Assembly (NCBI GenBank): GCA_902555695.1
Contig: CACDTV010000001.1
Coordinates: forward strand, 83,559-147,558
Length of the DNA: 64,000 nucleotides
Reading direction: 5' to 3'
From: an uncultured Alphaproteobacteria bacterium
Lineage (GTDB): Bacteria > Pseudomonadota > Alphaproteobacteria > HIMB59
Shown: one piece after another, positions 20,214 through 31,600 of the stretch
How positions within the stretch are numbered: position 1 is the stretch's first letter
Layout: every line of letters begins with the position of its first letter
Program-made: the position numbers and the translations under genes
Notes under the pieces: generated by a model
What the model was told of the DNA's origin: nothing
The model's database searches: none
Seen by the model: only the letters and a program-made list of their open reading frames with translations

Positions 20214-22606
20214 TATGTTCTAATGTTTGCTTTGAATTTATAAGATACTTTTTCTAAAATATTATTGTGAATTTGCTCTAAGTCTTTTTCATCAAGTGTT
20301 TTATCTTTTGATTGAATAGTTACTCTAAATGTTACACTTTTACTATTTTCCCCTAAATCTTTTGACTCATAGAGATCAAAAAATTCAACATTTTTTATAA
20401 GATTTTTGTCAATACCATTAACGTATCTTTGTACTTCAAAAAGATTTTGCTCTTTTTCAAATACAAATGAAAAATCTTTTTCACTAAATTGAAACTGGGA
20501 GTCTAAAATGTTGGAAGAATTAGTTCTACTAATAGAGTCGATTGGAAGATTTTCAAAAAATAACTCAATTGCGTAACTATTTTTAAGTTTGGGAAATTCC
20601 TCTATAATTAATGGATGAACTTTTCCATACCTTGCAATTAATTTCTTTCCCATGTTTAGTTCCGCAGATTGACCTGGATGAAAAGTATTTGAAATTGATC
20701 TTAAGATATTAAACTGCTTTGCATCAAAATTTAACGAACTAATTAATCTAGATACAAGATTTGATATATAATAAAAATTAAAGTCTTCTGATTTGAAAAT
20801 TGTGTTTGTATTTTCCTGAGATGATATAAGCATTGATAGAATATTTTCTTGAGATTGGGATGTATTATAAATAGGTCCGATTTCAAATATTTGAATATTT
20901 TTATAACCTTTTTTATAGTTCATCTCTGCGGTTTCTAGATGATTAAAAATCATTGAGTTTCTCATAAATGATTGATCGTCACTGATAGCGTTTGAAATTT
21001 TTAATGATTTATCACCTGAAAGAGTTTCATGAGCCTTTGTCGAGTGAAAAGAGAAAGTTATAATCTCAGAAACTCCATTTGATATTAATATTTTCTTTAG
21101 TTTTTTTATTGCTTTAAATTTTTTATTTATTAATGAATTATTAATCTTAACAATCTCATCATCTGAGGGTGATGGGATACTCTCTGTGATATTTTCATAT
21201 CCGTGTATTCTAATCACCTCTTCAACTACATCTATATTATTTTCAATGTCATTTCTCCATGAAGGTACGAGAAGATCACACTCTTTTTCGTTGCTTTGAT
21301 TGATTTGAAATTTTAAATCTTTTAGAATGTTTATTTGTTTTTTTGGTTCTAACTTTATGCCAATTACTTTTTCAAAATAATCAAACTTATATTTAATTTT
21401 GCGTTCATTGGTATCTAGCTTACCAGAGTCAATATTTTTACTTACAGATCCTCCACAAATTTTGTTTATTAAGTATGATGCATAATTTAAACCCTCAATA
21501 ACCATTTTTTTATCCAAACCTCTTTCAAAACGATATCTAGCATCAGAATTTATTCCAAGAGTTCTTCCTGTTTTTGCTACACTATCTTTTTCAAAAATAG
21601 CTACTTCAAGAAATACATTTTTTGTATCCTCTGTACATCCACTACTTTCACCTCCGATTATTCCAGCTATTGCAAGAGCGTTATTATTATCAGCTATGAC
21701 AGTTGAATTGCTATCCAAGATGTATTCTTTGTTATCTAACGCAAGAATTTTTTCATTAGGTTTAGCTAATCTCATATGAAGTTTTTTTCCAACTTTATCA
21801 GCATCAAATACATGTAAAGGTCTACCTAAATCATGGGTTATAAAATTTGTAATATCAACTAATGCATTAATAGGTCTTAGTCCAAGACTAATAAGTTTTT
21901 TTTGTAACCATTCAGGAGATACTGTATTTTTTACATCTTTAAAATACCTACTAATTACGTACTCACAGCTATTATTATCATTTTCAATATTCCAACTGAT
22001 AGGACTTTCAAAATCTAATTTTGTAATTTTTTCATATTTTAGAGGTTTTAGTTTTCCGACACCCTTAGCCGAAAGATCTCTAGCAACCCCTCTAACACCA
22101 AGGCAGTCCCCTCTGTTAGGTGTAATACCTATTTCAAAAACAGGGTCGTTTAATTTTAGTGCATCAATCGCTGATGTTCCATTTTCAAAATTATCTGAAA
22201 GCTCAATAATGCCATCATGATCATCACTTAAATTAAGCTCTTTCTCAGATAAAAGCATACCCTCAGAAATTTCTCCACGAATTTTACCTTTTTTTAGATA
22301 TATCTGTGTTCCGGGAATATACATTCCATCTTTAGCAAATATACCTTGTAGTCCTTTCTTGACATTATTTGCACCGCATATTACTTGGTAAGTCTTGGTG
22401 CCATCATCAACGGTACAGATATTCAACCTGTCTGCGTTGGGATGTTTATGAAAATCTTTAATTGTTGCAACAACAAATTTTGAGTATGAGGAGTAATCAG
22501 TTAAACTCTCAAGTTCCAGTCCTAAATTTGTTAGCGCATCACCTATTTCAGTTGCATTTTTATCTGTTTCTAAATGATCGCACAACCAGCTATAACTAAA
22601 CTTCAC
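20213..22606 (-). CDS. pheT: Phenylalanine-tRNA ligase beta subunit
   Basis: [40 protein letters not shown]-terminal anticodon-binding domain. Confidence 0.96.
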   Translation of the reverse strand: MKFSYSWLCDHLETDKNATEIGDALTNLGLELESLTDYSSYSKFVVATIKDFHKHPNADRLNICTVDDGTKTYQVICGANNVKKGLQGIFAKDGMYIPGTQIYLKKGKIRGEISEGMLLSEKELNLSDDHDGIIELSDNFENGTSAIDALKLNDPVFEIGITPNRGDCLGVRGVARDLSAKGVGKLKPLKYEKITKLDFESPISWNIENDNNSCEYVISRYFKDVKNTVSPEWLQKKLISLGLRPINALVDITNFITHDLGRPLHVFDADKVGKKLHMRLAKPNEKILALDNKEYILDSNSTVIADNNNALAIAGIIGGESSGCTEDTKNVFLEVAIFEKDSVAKTGRTLGINSDARYRFERGLDKKMVIEGLNYASYLINKICGGSVSKNIDSGKLDTNERKIKYKFDYFEKVIGIKLEPKKQINILKDLKFQINQSNEKECDLLVPSWRNDIENNIDVVEEVIRIHGYENITESIPSPSDDEIVKINNSLINKKFKAIKKLKKILISNGVSEIITFSFHSTKAHETLSGDKSLKISNAISDDQSFMRNSMIFNHLETAEMNYKKGYKNIQIFEIGPIYNTSQSQENILSMLISSQENTNTIFKSEDFNFYYISNLVSRLISSLNFDAKQFNILRSISNTFHPGQSAELNMGKKLIARYGKVHPLIIEEFPKLKNSYAIELFFENLPIDSISRTNSSNILDSQFQFSEKDFSFVFEKEQNLFEVQRYVNGIDKNLIKNVEFFDLYESKDLGENSKSVTFRVTIQSKDKTLDEKDLEQIHNNILEKVSYKFKANIRT

Positions 22607-23655
22607 TAATAATCTCCTATGCTAAAACCGTTATTAGCAATCCAATTTAAATTTCCGCTAAAAAATGACCTGATATCTGTTAATCCATATTTTAACATTG
22701 TAATTCTGTCTAATCCCATTCCAAAAGCAAAACCTTGATAAATTTTTGTATCCACATTGCAATTTTCTAAAACTTTGGGATTTACCATTCCACATCCTAA
22801 AATTTCAAGCCAAAGATCGCCTGTGCCTAGGTGGATCTTGTTGTTAACAATCTCATAAGCGATATCCATTTCAGCAGAAGGTTCTGTGAAAGGAAAATAA
22901 CTAGGTCGAAACCTTACCTTTAAATTTTGTACATTAAAAAATTGTTTACAAAATTCAATCAAAGTTCCTTTTAAGTCACCCATGTTTGTATTCTCATTAA
23001 TAAACAAACCCTCAACTTGATGAAACATTGGAGAATGGGTAGAGTCCGAGTCACATCTATAGGTCCTACCAGGAGCAATTATTTTAACTGGGGTTTTTTC
23101 ATTTAATAAAGTTCTAATTTGAACTGGACTTGTATGTGTTCTTAGAACATATGGTTTATTATCTTTATCTGTGTCATCTATATAGAATGTATCTTGCATT
23201 TCTCGAGCAGGGTGATTTTCAGGTATATTGAGTGCAGAAAAATTAAAATAATCAGTCTCAATATCTGGGCCTTCAGCTACAGAGTAACCCATTGATCCAA
23301 AAATACTTATGACCTCATCAAAAGTTTTTGATATCGGATGGATCTTAGAGGGAATTGAATTTGGTGGAGGAAAACTTATATCAAGAAATTCATTTTTTAA
23401 TTTAGAATTTATTTCTTTAACTTTTAAACCATTAAATTTATTTTTGAAAAGATTATCAATATCTGTTCTCAATGAATTTAATTTAGCACCAGTGGACTTT
23501 TTTTCCTCTAATGATAAATCTTTAAGACTTTTAAGTAACTCAGTTATTTTTCCTTTTTTTCCTAAATAAGCTACTTTGACATTTTGTAATTCTTGTTGAC
23601 TAGAGCATCGCTCTATCTGTTTTGTAGCTTCATTAAGGACTTTTTTAATGTCCAT
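22606..23655 (-). CDS. pheS: Phenylalanine-tRNA ligase alpha subunit
   Basis: HPAREMQDTF, LRTHTSPVQ, FHQVEG, RPSYFPFTEPS, GFAFGMG. Confidence 0.97.
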   Translation of the reverse strand: MDIKKVLNEATKQIERCSSQQELQNVKVAYLGKKGKITELLKSLKDLSLEEKKSTGAKLNSLRTDIDNLFKNKFNGLKVKEINSKLKNEFLDISFPPPNSIPSKIHPISKTFDEVISIFGSMGYSVAEGPDIETDYFNFSALNIPENHPAREMQDTFYIDDTDKDNKPYVLRTHTSPVQIRTLLNEKTPVKIIAPGRTYRCDSDSTHSPMFHQVEGLFINENTNMGDLKGTLIEFCKQFFNVQNLKVRFRPSYFPFTEPSAEMDIAYEIVNNKIHLGTGDLWLEILGCGMVNPKVLENCNVDTKIYQGFAFGMGLDRITMLKYGLTDIRSFFSGNLNWIANNGFSIGDY

Positions 23656-23662
23656 TTTTAAT

Positions 23663-24022
23663 TTAGCTGGCTAGATTAGCCTTAGCTTTCTCAACTATTG
23701 ATTTAAAAGCAGCTGGTTCATGAAATGCAATCTCAGAGAGAATTTTTCTATTAATTTCAATGTTCGCTTTTTTTAGTCCATCAATAAACTTTGCATAAGT
23801 TAGACCATGTTCTCTTACACCAGCATTAATTCTTTGGATCCATAAACCTCTAAAATCTCTTTTCTTATTTCTTCTATCGCGATAAGCATATTGAAGTGCT
23901 TTATCCATGCTTTGTGTTGCTACTCGATAAACATTTTTTCTTCTACCACGATGACCTTTTGTAAATTCAAAAACTTTTTTATGTTTAGCTCTTGCTGTAA
24001 CACCTCTTTTAACTCTTGGCAT
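23663..24022 (-). CDS. rplT: 50S ribosomal protein L20
   Basis: [31 protein letters not shown]. Confidence 0.98.
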   Translation of the reverse strand: MPRVKRGVTARAKHKKVFEFTKGHRGRRKNVYRVATQSMDKALQYAYRDRRNKKRDFRGLWIQRINAGVREHGLTYAKFIDGLKKANIEINRKILSEIAFHEPAAFKSIVEKAKANLAS

Positions 24023-24038
24023 AATATCTCTCCTTTAC

Positions 24039-24239
24039 CTATTTTGAGTATGGCATCATTGACCCAATTATTATTGATGCAGATTTTGATAAGACCCTAG
24101 TACCTTTAGAATTTCTGATAAAAGAGTTTGTTCTTTTAGACATGCCATGGCGTTTACCAACGTTACCGACAATTAATTTTCCTGATGAGGATGTTTTGAA
24201 GCGTTTTTTTACGCTACTTTTTGTTTTTAGTTTGGGCAT
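24039..24239 (-). CDS. rpmI: 50S ribosomal protein L35
   Basis: [15 protein letters not shown], lies between infC and rplT. Confidence 0.96.
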   Translation of the reverse strand: MPKLKTKSSVKKRFKTSSSGKLIVGNVGKRHGMSKRTNSFIRNSKGTRVLSKSASIIIGSMMPYSK

Positions 24240-24266
24240 TTTATCTCCTTTTGAGTAATTTAATAA

Positions 24267-24303
24267 AGTCTTAAGGCATACCCTTTTAAAAGCCCCTTCG
24301 ACT
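24267..24303 (-). promoter_or_regulatory. Putative structured leader of rpmI-rplT (candidate L20 autoregulatory RNA)
   Basis: Minus strand AGTCGAAGG...CCTTAAGACT can fold into a stem with an internal loop. It is a GC-rich patch in an AT-rich spacer, upstream of the AAGGAG ribosome-binding site. Confidence 0.4.
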
Positions 24304-24331
24304 AACTGAGATCAATTAAGTATCATATAAT

Positions 24332-24880
24332 TTATTTGGGTGCAACTACGAGGAAAGCTTGTCTTCCCTCAATTTTAGGTTCCATTTCAACTCTGATAAG
24401 TTCTCCCAAATCGGTTTTTACCCTTTTAAGCATATCAATACCTAAATTAGAATGTTCCATTTCTCTGCCCTTAAATCTCAGGCTAAACTTTACTCTGTTT
24501 CCCTCTTTTAAAAACTTCTGAGCATTTCTTATTTTAACTTGGTAGTCGTGTTCTCCGGTACCAGGTCTAATTTTAAGCTCTTTAGTTTCAATTACTTTTT
24601 GTTTCTTTTTTGCTTCGTTTTTTTTCTTCTGTTCTTGATACTTAAATTTTCCATAGTCAACTATTTTACAAACAGGAGGATTATTATTTGGAGCTATTTC
24701 AACTAAATCCATACCTCTGCCTTTTGCTATGTCTATGGCTTCATTTTTTTTCATGACTCCTAATTGCTCTCCGTCATCGAGAATAACTCTAACATCAGTT
24801 GCTGATATAAAATTATTTATTTTGTGTAATTCTTTCTTAACACGAAAATTATTATTTCTTTGAAAAGGTCTATTCAAAAT
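24332..24880 (-). CDS. infC: Translation initiation factor IF-3 (probable ATT start)
   Basis: DLVEIAP...PPVCKIVDYGKFKY, KELKIRP, RFKGRE. An in-frame ATT at 24880-24878 directly follows an in-frame TAA; TTG at 24877 is the alternative start. Confidence 0.96.
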   Translation of the reverse strand: MLNRPFQRNNNFRVKKELHKINNFISATDVRVILDDGEQLGVMKKNEAIDIAKGRGMDLVEIAPNNNPPVCKIVDYGKFKYQEQKKKNEAKKKQKVIETKELKIRPGTGEHDYQVKIRNAQKFLKEGNRVKFSLRFKGREMEHSNLGIDMLKRVKTDLGELIRVEMEPKIEGRQAFLVVAPK

Positions 24881-24886
24881 TTAAAA

Positions 24887-25981
24887 CTAGTTCTTAGAAA
24901 ATATTTCATGCCTGTATTTATCTAATATTTGTGTAATTTTGTTCAATGTAAAAGGGGATTTGCTAACATTATTGTTAGAGTAGTATGATCTTTCATCATT
25001 GGACATTATTAGTTTTTTTAAAGCGATGTAAATAGTTTTTTTATCTATTTTATTAATTATAAAGGTTTTAAAAAATTTATTTATTTCTTTTAGTCCACCT
25101 TTATTTGAAGAAATAGTTGCAGTGCCTGAATTTATTGACTCTATTAAAGTTCTTCCAAAAGGCTCATCCCAAACTGAGGGTATGATAGATATTGAAGATT
25201 TTTTTAAAAATTCAATTACAAAATTATTTTCTTTAAAATCATGGAAAATTATTCTGTTGTGCTTATATATATACCTTTTATTTTCTTCCTTAATTTTGCC
25301 AAATATATGGACTTCCCAACCTGGGAATTGATTTATGATTTCGATTGCAGATTGTAAAAATATATCAAAACCTTTCTTTTTTTCTAATTCGCCTACATAA
25401 ACTATATTTAATTTTTTTTTTTTAAAAATTAATTGTTTTGTTGGAGTAACACCATTGTAAATAACATCCAGTTTTGATTTAAAATGAGTACCTCCAGGAA
25501 GATCAATTAAAAATCTTTTTTTTAAAAAATTGCTTACAAAAAAAATATGATGACAGCTTCTGAGTATTTCTAAACGCTGTTTGACTGATGAACAATTTTT
25601 AAATGCTAAAGGATCATTATGATAATATAAAAAAATTTTAGACTTTAATGATGATTTAGAAATTTCTAGTGCTGATTTTGGTCGATTGTGTATTTCAATA
25701 ATTTTAGGCGGTTTTTCTTTTAAAATATTTATAAATGTTTTTGTGTGACCCATATTTTTTCCAAAAAATAAATGGTTTAGTTTTTTCGGAACATTTACAG
25801 ATTTAAAACCTTTAAATGTTTTTGAAGTCTTATTAACAAAAATTTTAATTTTTTTATTAAATTTTGACTTCTCGTTAATATCCTTAACGTAAAGTGAAAC
25901 AGAGCCAAAGTTATTTGGACTAAATTTTTCCTTATATGGAAGCAATATAGCTATTTCTTCATATGTATTCTGATAAGGCAT
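24887..25981 (-). CDS. Glycosyltransferase family 4
   Basis: IEIHNRP, VIYNGV, YVGEL..KKG, PSVWDEPFGRTLIE. Confidence 0.88.
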   Translation of the reverse strand: MPYQNTYEEIAILLPYKEKFSPNNFGSVSLYVKDINEKSKFNKKIKIFVNKTSKTFKGFKSVNVPKKLNHLFFGKNMGHTKTFINILKEKPPKIIEIHNRPKSALEISKSSLKSKIFLYYHNDPLAFKNCSSVKQRLEILRSCHHIFFVSNFLKKRFLIDLPGGTHFKSKLDVIYNGVTPTKQLIFKKKKLNIVYVGELEKKKGFDIFLQSAIEIINQFPGWEVHIFGKIKEENKRYIYKHNRIIFHDFKENNFVIEFLKKSSISIIPSVWDEPFGRTLIESINSGTATISSNKGGLKEINKFFKTFIINKIDKKTIYIALKKLIMSNDERSYYSNNNVSKSPFTLNKITQILDKYRHEIFSKN

Positions 25982-26846
25982 TAATAACTTTCTTGACTGA
26001 GATTTTTTTAATATCTTTATGTTTGAGAATTTTGGAATGATGATTTTTTGGATAATTTCTTAAAGCATATTTATTGTCATTCATTATTGCTATAACAGGA
26101 AGATTTAAATAACTAATAAAGTGCATTGCTGAGGTGTCATTTGAAATAGTAACTTTTGATTTTAAAGCTATTTTTTTTACATATTCCCAAGGGGATTTAT
26201 TTATAAGATTTATAATAAGTTTGTTGTTGGGTATCATATTTTCAATATTTTTTTCGTCATTCCCACCAATGATATAACATTTAATCCCTTTGCTGGTTAG
26301 ATATTCAATAACTTTTAAATAATTATCAAAAGGCCATCTTTTACTAAGCCCAGATTTTGAACTCCCAGGAACAATAATAACTTGGTCAAGCCTAATTACC
26401 TCTTGATAAAAATTATTTTTTTTTTTTTGAATATTCAAAAGTTTTAATTGATTACTCAAGCCAGTCGCCACATGTTCTTGAAAATTTCTAGATTTGTATC
26501 TTATGGAAGAAAAAACACTTGTTCCATTAGATATGGCATTGGTGAATATTTTTATAAAAAGAAGATAGAAACTTGATCTTGTTGAATTTTGTAAATCAAT
26601 GACATAATCAAACTTTAATTTTTTAATCTTTAAAAGAACTTTTAAAGTCTCAATTGATTTACCTCTATCATCAATGATTTCATTAAATCTAATATTTAAT
26701 AACCTGAATGTTTTAATACCAATTTTAGTGCTACAAATAGTAATATTAGGATTCTGGTTCATAATGTTAATCAATGCATTAAATGCCAAAAAAATATCAC
26801 CTATAGATCCGTGTTTGATAACAAGAACATTTTTGTTATTAAGCAT
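25959..26846 (-). CDS. Glycosyltransferase family 9
   Basis: VIKHGSIGD, VIDLQNSTRS, PGSS...KRWP, SNDTSAMH. Confidence 0.85.
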   Translation of the reverse strand: MLNNKNVLVIKHGSIGDIFLAFNALINIMNQNPNITICSTKIGIKTFRLLNIRFNEIIDDRGKSIETLKVLLKIKKLKFDYVIDLQNSTRSSFYLLFIKIFTNAISNGTSVFSSIRYKSRNFQEHVATGLSNQLKLLNIQKKKNNFYQEVIRLDQVIIVPGSSKSGLSKRWPFDNYLKVIEYLTSKGIKCYIIGGNDEKNIENMIPNNKLIINLINKSPWEYVKKIALKSKVTISNDTSAMHFISYLNLPVIAIMNDNKYALRNYPKNHHSKILKHKDIKKISVKKVINALSEYI

Positions 26847-27975
26847 TTTTGTAAACGTCTAATGTAGATTTTAGCATTAAATCCAAAGAATAATTTTTTA
26901 CTACGTAGTCTCTTCCTCTAAAATTTTTTAAAGATTTTAAATAGATAGCGTGTCTAAAAGCTTTATTAAAACTTACTTGATCATTAATCTGATACAATAA
27001 TTTTTTATCAAAGGGGTATAACTGCTCTCTCACGCCTCCATGATTGACTCCTATGGGGATTTTATTCATTGCTAGTGTCTCTGATATAGTTCTTCCAAAA
27101 CCTTCAGGCTTTGAAGAATTATTGACTATTATATCCGAGCAGAAATAAATTAATGGCATATTAAATGAGTAATTATGAAAGACAATTTTTCTAAAAAAAG
27201 AATTACCACAAAATTTTAAAATATCATCTTTGCTTTTTTTATTTTCTAGATCTAAAAACATTAATAATTTTAATTTTTTTATTAATATATCAGGTAAATT
27301 GTTTAAAAATTTTATTAATTGCATATGGCCCTTCCAATTCGAATATCTAGAGGGAATAGTTATTAAAATTTCATTTTTTTGAATACCTAATTTATTTCTA
27401 TAAATTTCTCTTGATCTTGAACTTAGAGAATTTGGATTAAAATAATTTACATCAACACCTCTAGGAATAGTCAATAATTGTTTATCACTTATATTATATT
27501 TTCTTGAAATATTTTTTTTTGTAAAATTTGAATTACATATAATTTTATTACCTTTTGTTAAAAAAGAATTATAAAATTTTTTTAAATAATTCCCACTATA
27601 TGGGTTATGGATACTTGTAACATAGGTTATATCATCATTTTTTCTTATCAAGTTATAAAAGACAACAGCTGGAGCTCTTGAAGATATATGTATCAAATTT
27701 ATTTTTTTTTTTAATATCAAAATTTTCAGCTCATTATTTAGCTCAAAGAAATTAAAAATATTTTTAAATTTTAATCCTCTTGATTTAAAGACTTGTTTTT
27801 TTTCCTCGGGATTAATTATATCAGGGTTGTAATTTTCGCAGAATATATAATTCTTAATATTCTTTTTATTTAGATATCTTAAAGTATCAATTACACCTCT
27901 TTCCACTCCACCAAATTTTAACTGAGGAATTATTTGTAAAACTCTTAGATTTTTATTATTTTTAGGTTGTGACAA
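26839..27975 (-). CDS. Glycosyltransferase family 4
   Basis: LQIIPQL..GGVERG, HISSRAPA, IPRGVD, WKGH, KPEGFGRTISE. Confidence 0.88.
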   Translation of the reverse strand: MSQPKNNKNLRVLQIIPQLKFGGVERGVIDTLRYLNKKNIKNYIFCENYNPDIINPEEKKQVFKSRGLKFKNIFNFFELNNELKILILKKKINLIHISSRAPAVVFYNLIRKNDDITYVTSIHNPYSGNYLKKFYNSFLTKGNKIICNSNFTKKNISRKYNISDKQLLTIPRGVDVNYFNPNSLSSRSREIYRNKLGIQKNEILITIPSRYSNWKGHMQLIKFLNNLPDILIKKLKLLMFLDLENKKSKDDILKFCGNSFFRKIVFHNYSFNMPLIYFCSDIIVNNSSKPEGFGRTISETLAMNKIPIGVNHGGVREQLYPFDKKLLYQINDQVSFNKAFRHAIYLKSLKNFRGRDYVVKNYSLDLMLKSTLDVYKNA

Positions 27976-28691
27976 AATTTTTAAGTTTTAATAACAAGTA
28001 CAAAATAGCTTACAAATATTTTAAAAGAAGAAAAAAAACAATTATATTTCTTCATGGTTTAATGTCAAATATGAATGGCAAAAAATCAAATTATTTCAGG
28101 GATTTCTGTTATAAAAATAATTATTCTTATTTATGTTTTGATTTTCGAGGCCACGGAAGATCTAGTGGAAAAATAAATGAGTTTGGTGTTAAAGACTGGT
28201 TTAATGACTTAAACTATATTATTAAGTCTCTAGATGTTAAAAATATTATTCTAATTGGTAGTAGTTTAGGTGGTTGGGTGGCAATGAGTTACGCCTTATC
28301 TTTTCCGAAAAAAATTTCAAAGCTTATTGGTTTAGCTCCAGCCCCTGATTTTACTGAAAGATTAATTTGGATGAGTCTCAATAAACCAGAAAAGGATTTA
28401 ATATTATCAGGAAAAATTATTGAAAAAAAAATATCTAGAGACTTTAGTTATTATTACTCAAAAGAACTATTTGAAAGAAGTAAAAAGAAATTAATTCGTC
28501 AATCCAAAAAAACATATAAGGGTGAAACTATTATATTTAATGGATCAAAAGATCTTTCAGTGCCTTTTGACTATAATAATAACTTACTTAATACAAAGCA
28601 TTTTCCAAACCTGACGTTAATTACTTTAAGGGATTCTGACCATAGCTTATCAGATCGGTATAGTCTCAGAAATATATTAAAATATATTTAG
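27969..28691 (+). CDS. Alpha/beta hydrolase
   Basis: FLHGLMS, FDFRGHGRS, GSSLGGW nucleophile elbow, APAPDFT, DLSVP, SDHSLS. Confidence 0.88.
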   Translation: MTKFLSFNNKYKIAYKYFKRRKKTIIFLHGLMSNMNGKKSNYFRDFCYKNNYSYLCFDFRGHGRSSGKINEFGVKDWFNDLNYIIKSLDVKNIILIGSSLGGWVAMSYALSFPKKISKLIGLAPAPDFTERLIWMSLNKPEKDLILSGKIIEKKISRDFSYYYSKELFERSKKKLIRQSKKTYKGETIIFNGSKDLSVPFDYNNNLLNTKHFPNLTLITLRDSDHSLSDRYSLRNILKYI

Positions 28692-31600
28692 GCTATCTTT
28701 GATTTTTTTGTAACCTCGTATTGTAACTTTTCTACAACTTCATTGGGTACAACGTGAATAAATTTATTTATTTCAGAGTCAAAATTTTCAATTATAAACT
28801 CAGCTCTTTTAGATTTAGTTTCATTATGGAAGTCATTTAAGAGATCTAAAAGGTGGTTTTTCCAATCCTTATTATTAACTTCATAAAGACCTATTGTTTC
28901 CATATTCATCAAATCTGTAACATTTTTTTGATCAGAATAAATAAAAGCAGAACCTCCAGTCATTCCGGCGCCAAAGTTATCACCAACATTTCCTAAAATA
29001 ATAGCAGATCCTCCAGTCATGTACTCACAACCATTAGCTCCACAGCCTTCGACAATTGCCAAAGCACCCGAATTTCTCACGCAAAATCTGTCTCCAGCTT
29101 GACCAGAAGCATATAACCTTCCATCAGTAGCTCCATAAAGGGTGACATTTCCAATGATTACATTTTCATGACTAGGTTGAGTGAATGAGTTTCTTGGCTG
29201 AACGATAATCTTTCCTCCAGAAAGACCTTTGCCTACATAGTCATTCGCATCGCCAAACACTTTTAACGTAAGACCCTTGACGGCGAATGCTCCCAAGGAC
29301 TGACCAGCTGAGCCTCTTAGTTTTAGAGTGACATGATCTTCAGATAAGGTATTCATTCCATATTTTCTTGTAATTATAGATGAAATTTTAGTTCCTATTG
29401 TTCTTAATGTATTTTGTATGTTATATGTTAATTCAATTTTTTGACCTGAGTTAATAAAGTCTTTTCCGTCTTTTTCAAACTGATCATCAAGTGTTTTTGG
29501 TACCTCGTTTCTTTTTTTTACAGAATGATAATCATAAATTTTACCATCATCAATCTTTGTTAATATAGGATTCAAATCAAGATTATCTAAATCACTGGAT
29601 CCGTAATGAATTTGAGATAATAATTCTGTTTTACCAATAATATCCTTTAGAGATTTGTAACCTAAAGATGCCAAAATTTCTCTGACTTCTTCGGCTATAA
29701 AGGAAAACAAATTAACAACTTTTTCAGGTGTGCCTCCAAATTTTTCACGAAGTTTTTCATCTTGGGTACATACACCAACTGGACAAGTATTAGAGTGACA
29801 TTGTCTGACCATAATACATCCCATAGCAACTAATGAAGCTGTACCAATTCCGTATTCCTCAGCTCCTAATATTGCAGCAATAACAATATCTTTTCCTGTT
29901 TTAATACCACCATCTGTTCTAAGAAGAACTTTATCTCTTAAACCATTTAAAGCTAAAATTTGGTGAACCTCACTTATTCCCAATTCCCATGGAAGGCCAA
30001 CATACTTAATACTTGACTGAGGACTTGCACCTGTACCGCCTGAGTGTCCTGAAACTAAAATTACATCAGCTTTAGCCTTTGCAACACCAGCAGCAACAGT
30101 TCCTATTCCTGATTGTGCGACTAGTTTTACACAAACCTTTGCTATTGGATTGATTTGTTTTAAATCGTAAATAAGTTGAGCGAGATCCTCTATAGAATAA
30201 ATATCATGATGTGGTGGAGGGCTAATAAGCGTTACACCTTTTGTACTATGTCTTAACTTAGCTATTAAATCAGTAACCTTAAATCCAGGCAATTGACCAC
30301 CTTCTCCAGGCTTAGCACCTTGGGCTATTTTAATTTCTAGTTCAGAACAGTTATTTAAATATTCTGCGGTTACACCAAATCTTCCGCTTGCAACTTGTTT
30401 AATTGCTGAACTTGGATTATCACCATTTTTTAATTTGGAATATCTTCTTGCATCCTCTCCTCCTTCTCCGCTATCCGATTTTGAACCTATTCTGTTCATA
30501 GCTATGGCTAAAGTTTCATGAGCCTCTGGGCTAAGAGCACCAAGGGAAATTCCAGGAGATACAAAGCTTTTTCTAATTTCAGATATACTTTCAACACTAT
30601 CAAGATTTAATGACTTGCTACTTTGATTAAATTGTAATAAATCCCTTATCTGAATTGGTTTTGAGCTATAGACTCTTGAAGTATATTTTTTATATAGGTT
30701 ATATGAGTCTCTTGTAACTGCTTCTTGAAGCATATGTATTGAAACACCCTCATAAGCATGTGTTTCACTGTTAGCTCTAAATCTATATTCACCGCCTATT
30801 TCTAAAATTACATTATCAGATTTAAATGATACCTCATGCTGTCGCCTTACTCTTTTTTCTAAACCGTCTAATCCGATACCAGAAATTCTAGAAGACATTC
30901 CTGGAAAAAAACTCTCTACCATGCTTCTACTTAAGCCAATTATTTCAAAATTTCTTCCACCGCGATATGAGCTAATTACAGAAATACCCATTTTGCTGAT
31001 AATTTTTCTTAGTCCTTTTTCTATAGATTTTTTAAAGTTTTTAATTAGTTGAGGGTAATCAGTATTATGATAAATATTTTTTTTATATCGATCTATAATA
31101 AGTTTTTCTACTAAGGAGGCATTGACAGTAGTGGCACCAACACCAATAAGTACTGCAAAGTAGTGTACGTCAAGACACTCTTTAGAAGAAACGTTTAAAG
31201 AAGTAAAAGTTCTTAAATTATTTTTTATTAAATAACTATGTACAGCGCTAGTAGCGAGTATCATTGGTAAAGCTATTCTGTCATTGTTAATATTATTGTC
31301 ACTTATAATTAGATGTTGAGAACCAGACCTGACTGCCTGTTCAGCCTCAGAACATATTCTTTGGATTTCATTTAAGAAGTTAGTCTCATCATTTAATTTA
31401 TAAGTACAGTCAATCTCTGTTGTATGCTTTGATAAATGACTTTTTAATGTTTCCAGTTCATTATCTAATAATATAGGGCTCTCTAAGAGTACCAAATTAC
31501 ATTGTTCAGAGTCTTCTTCTGCAATATTTCCAAGGTTTCCAAGCCTAGTTTTTAAACTCATTACAACTTGTTCCCTCAGGCTATCAATTGGAGGGTTTGT

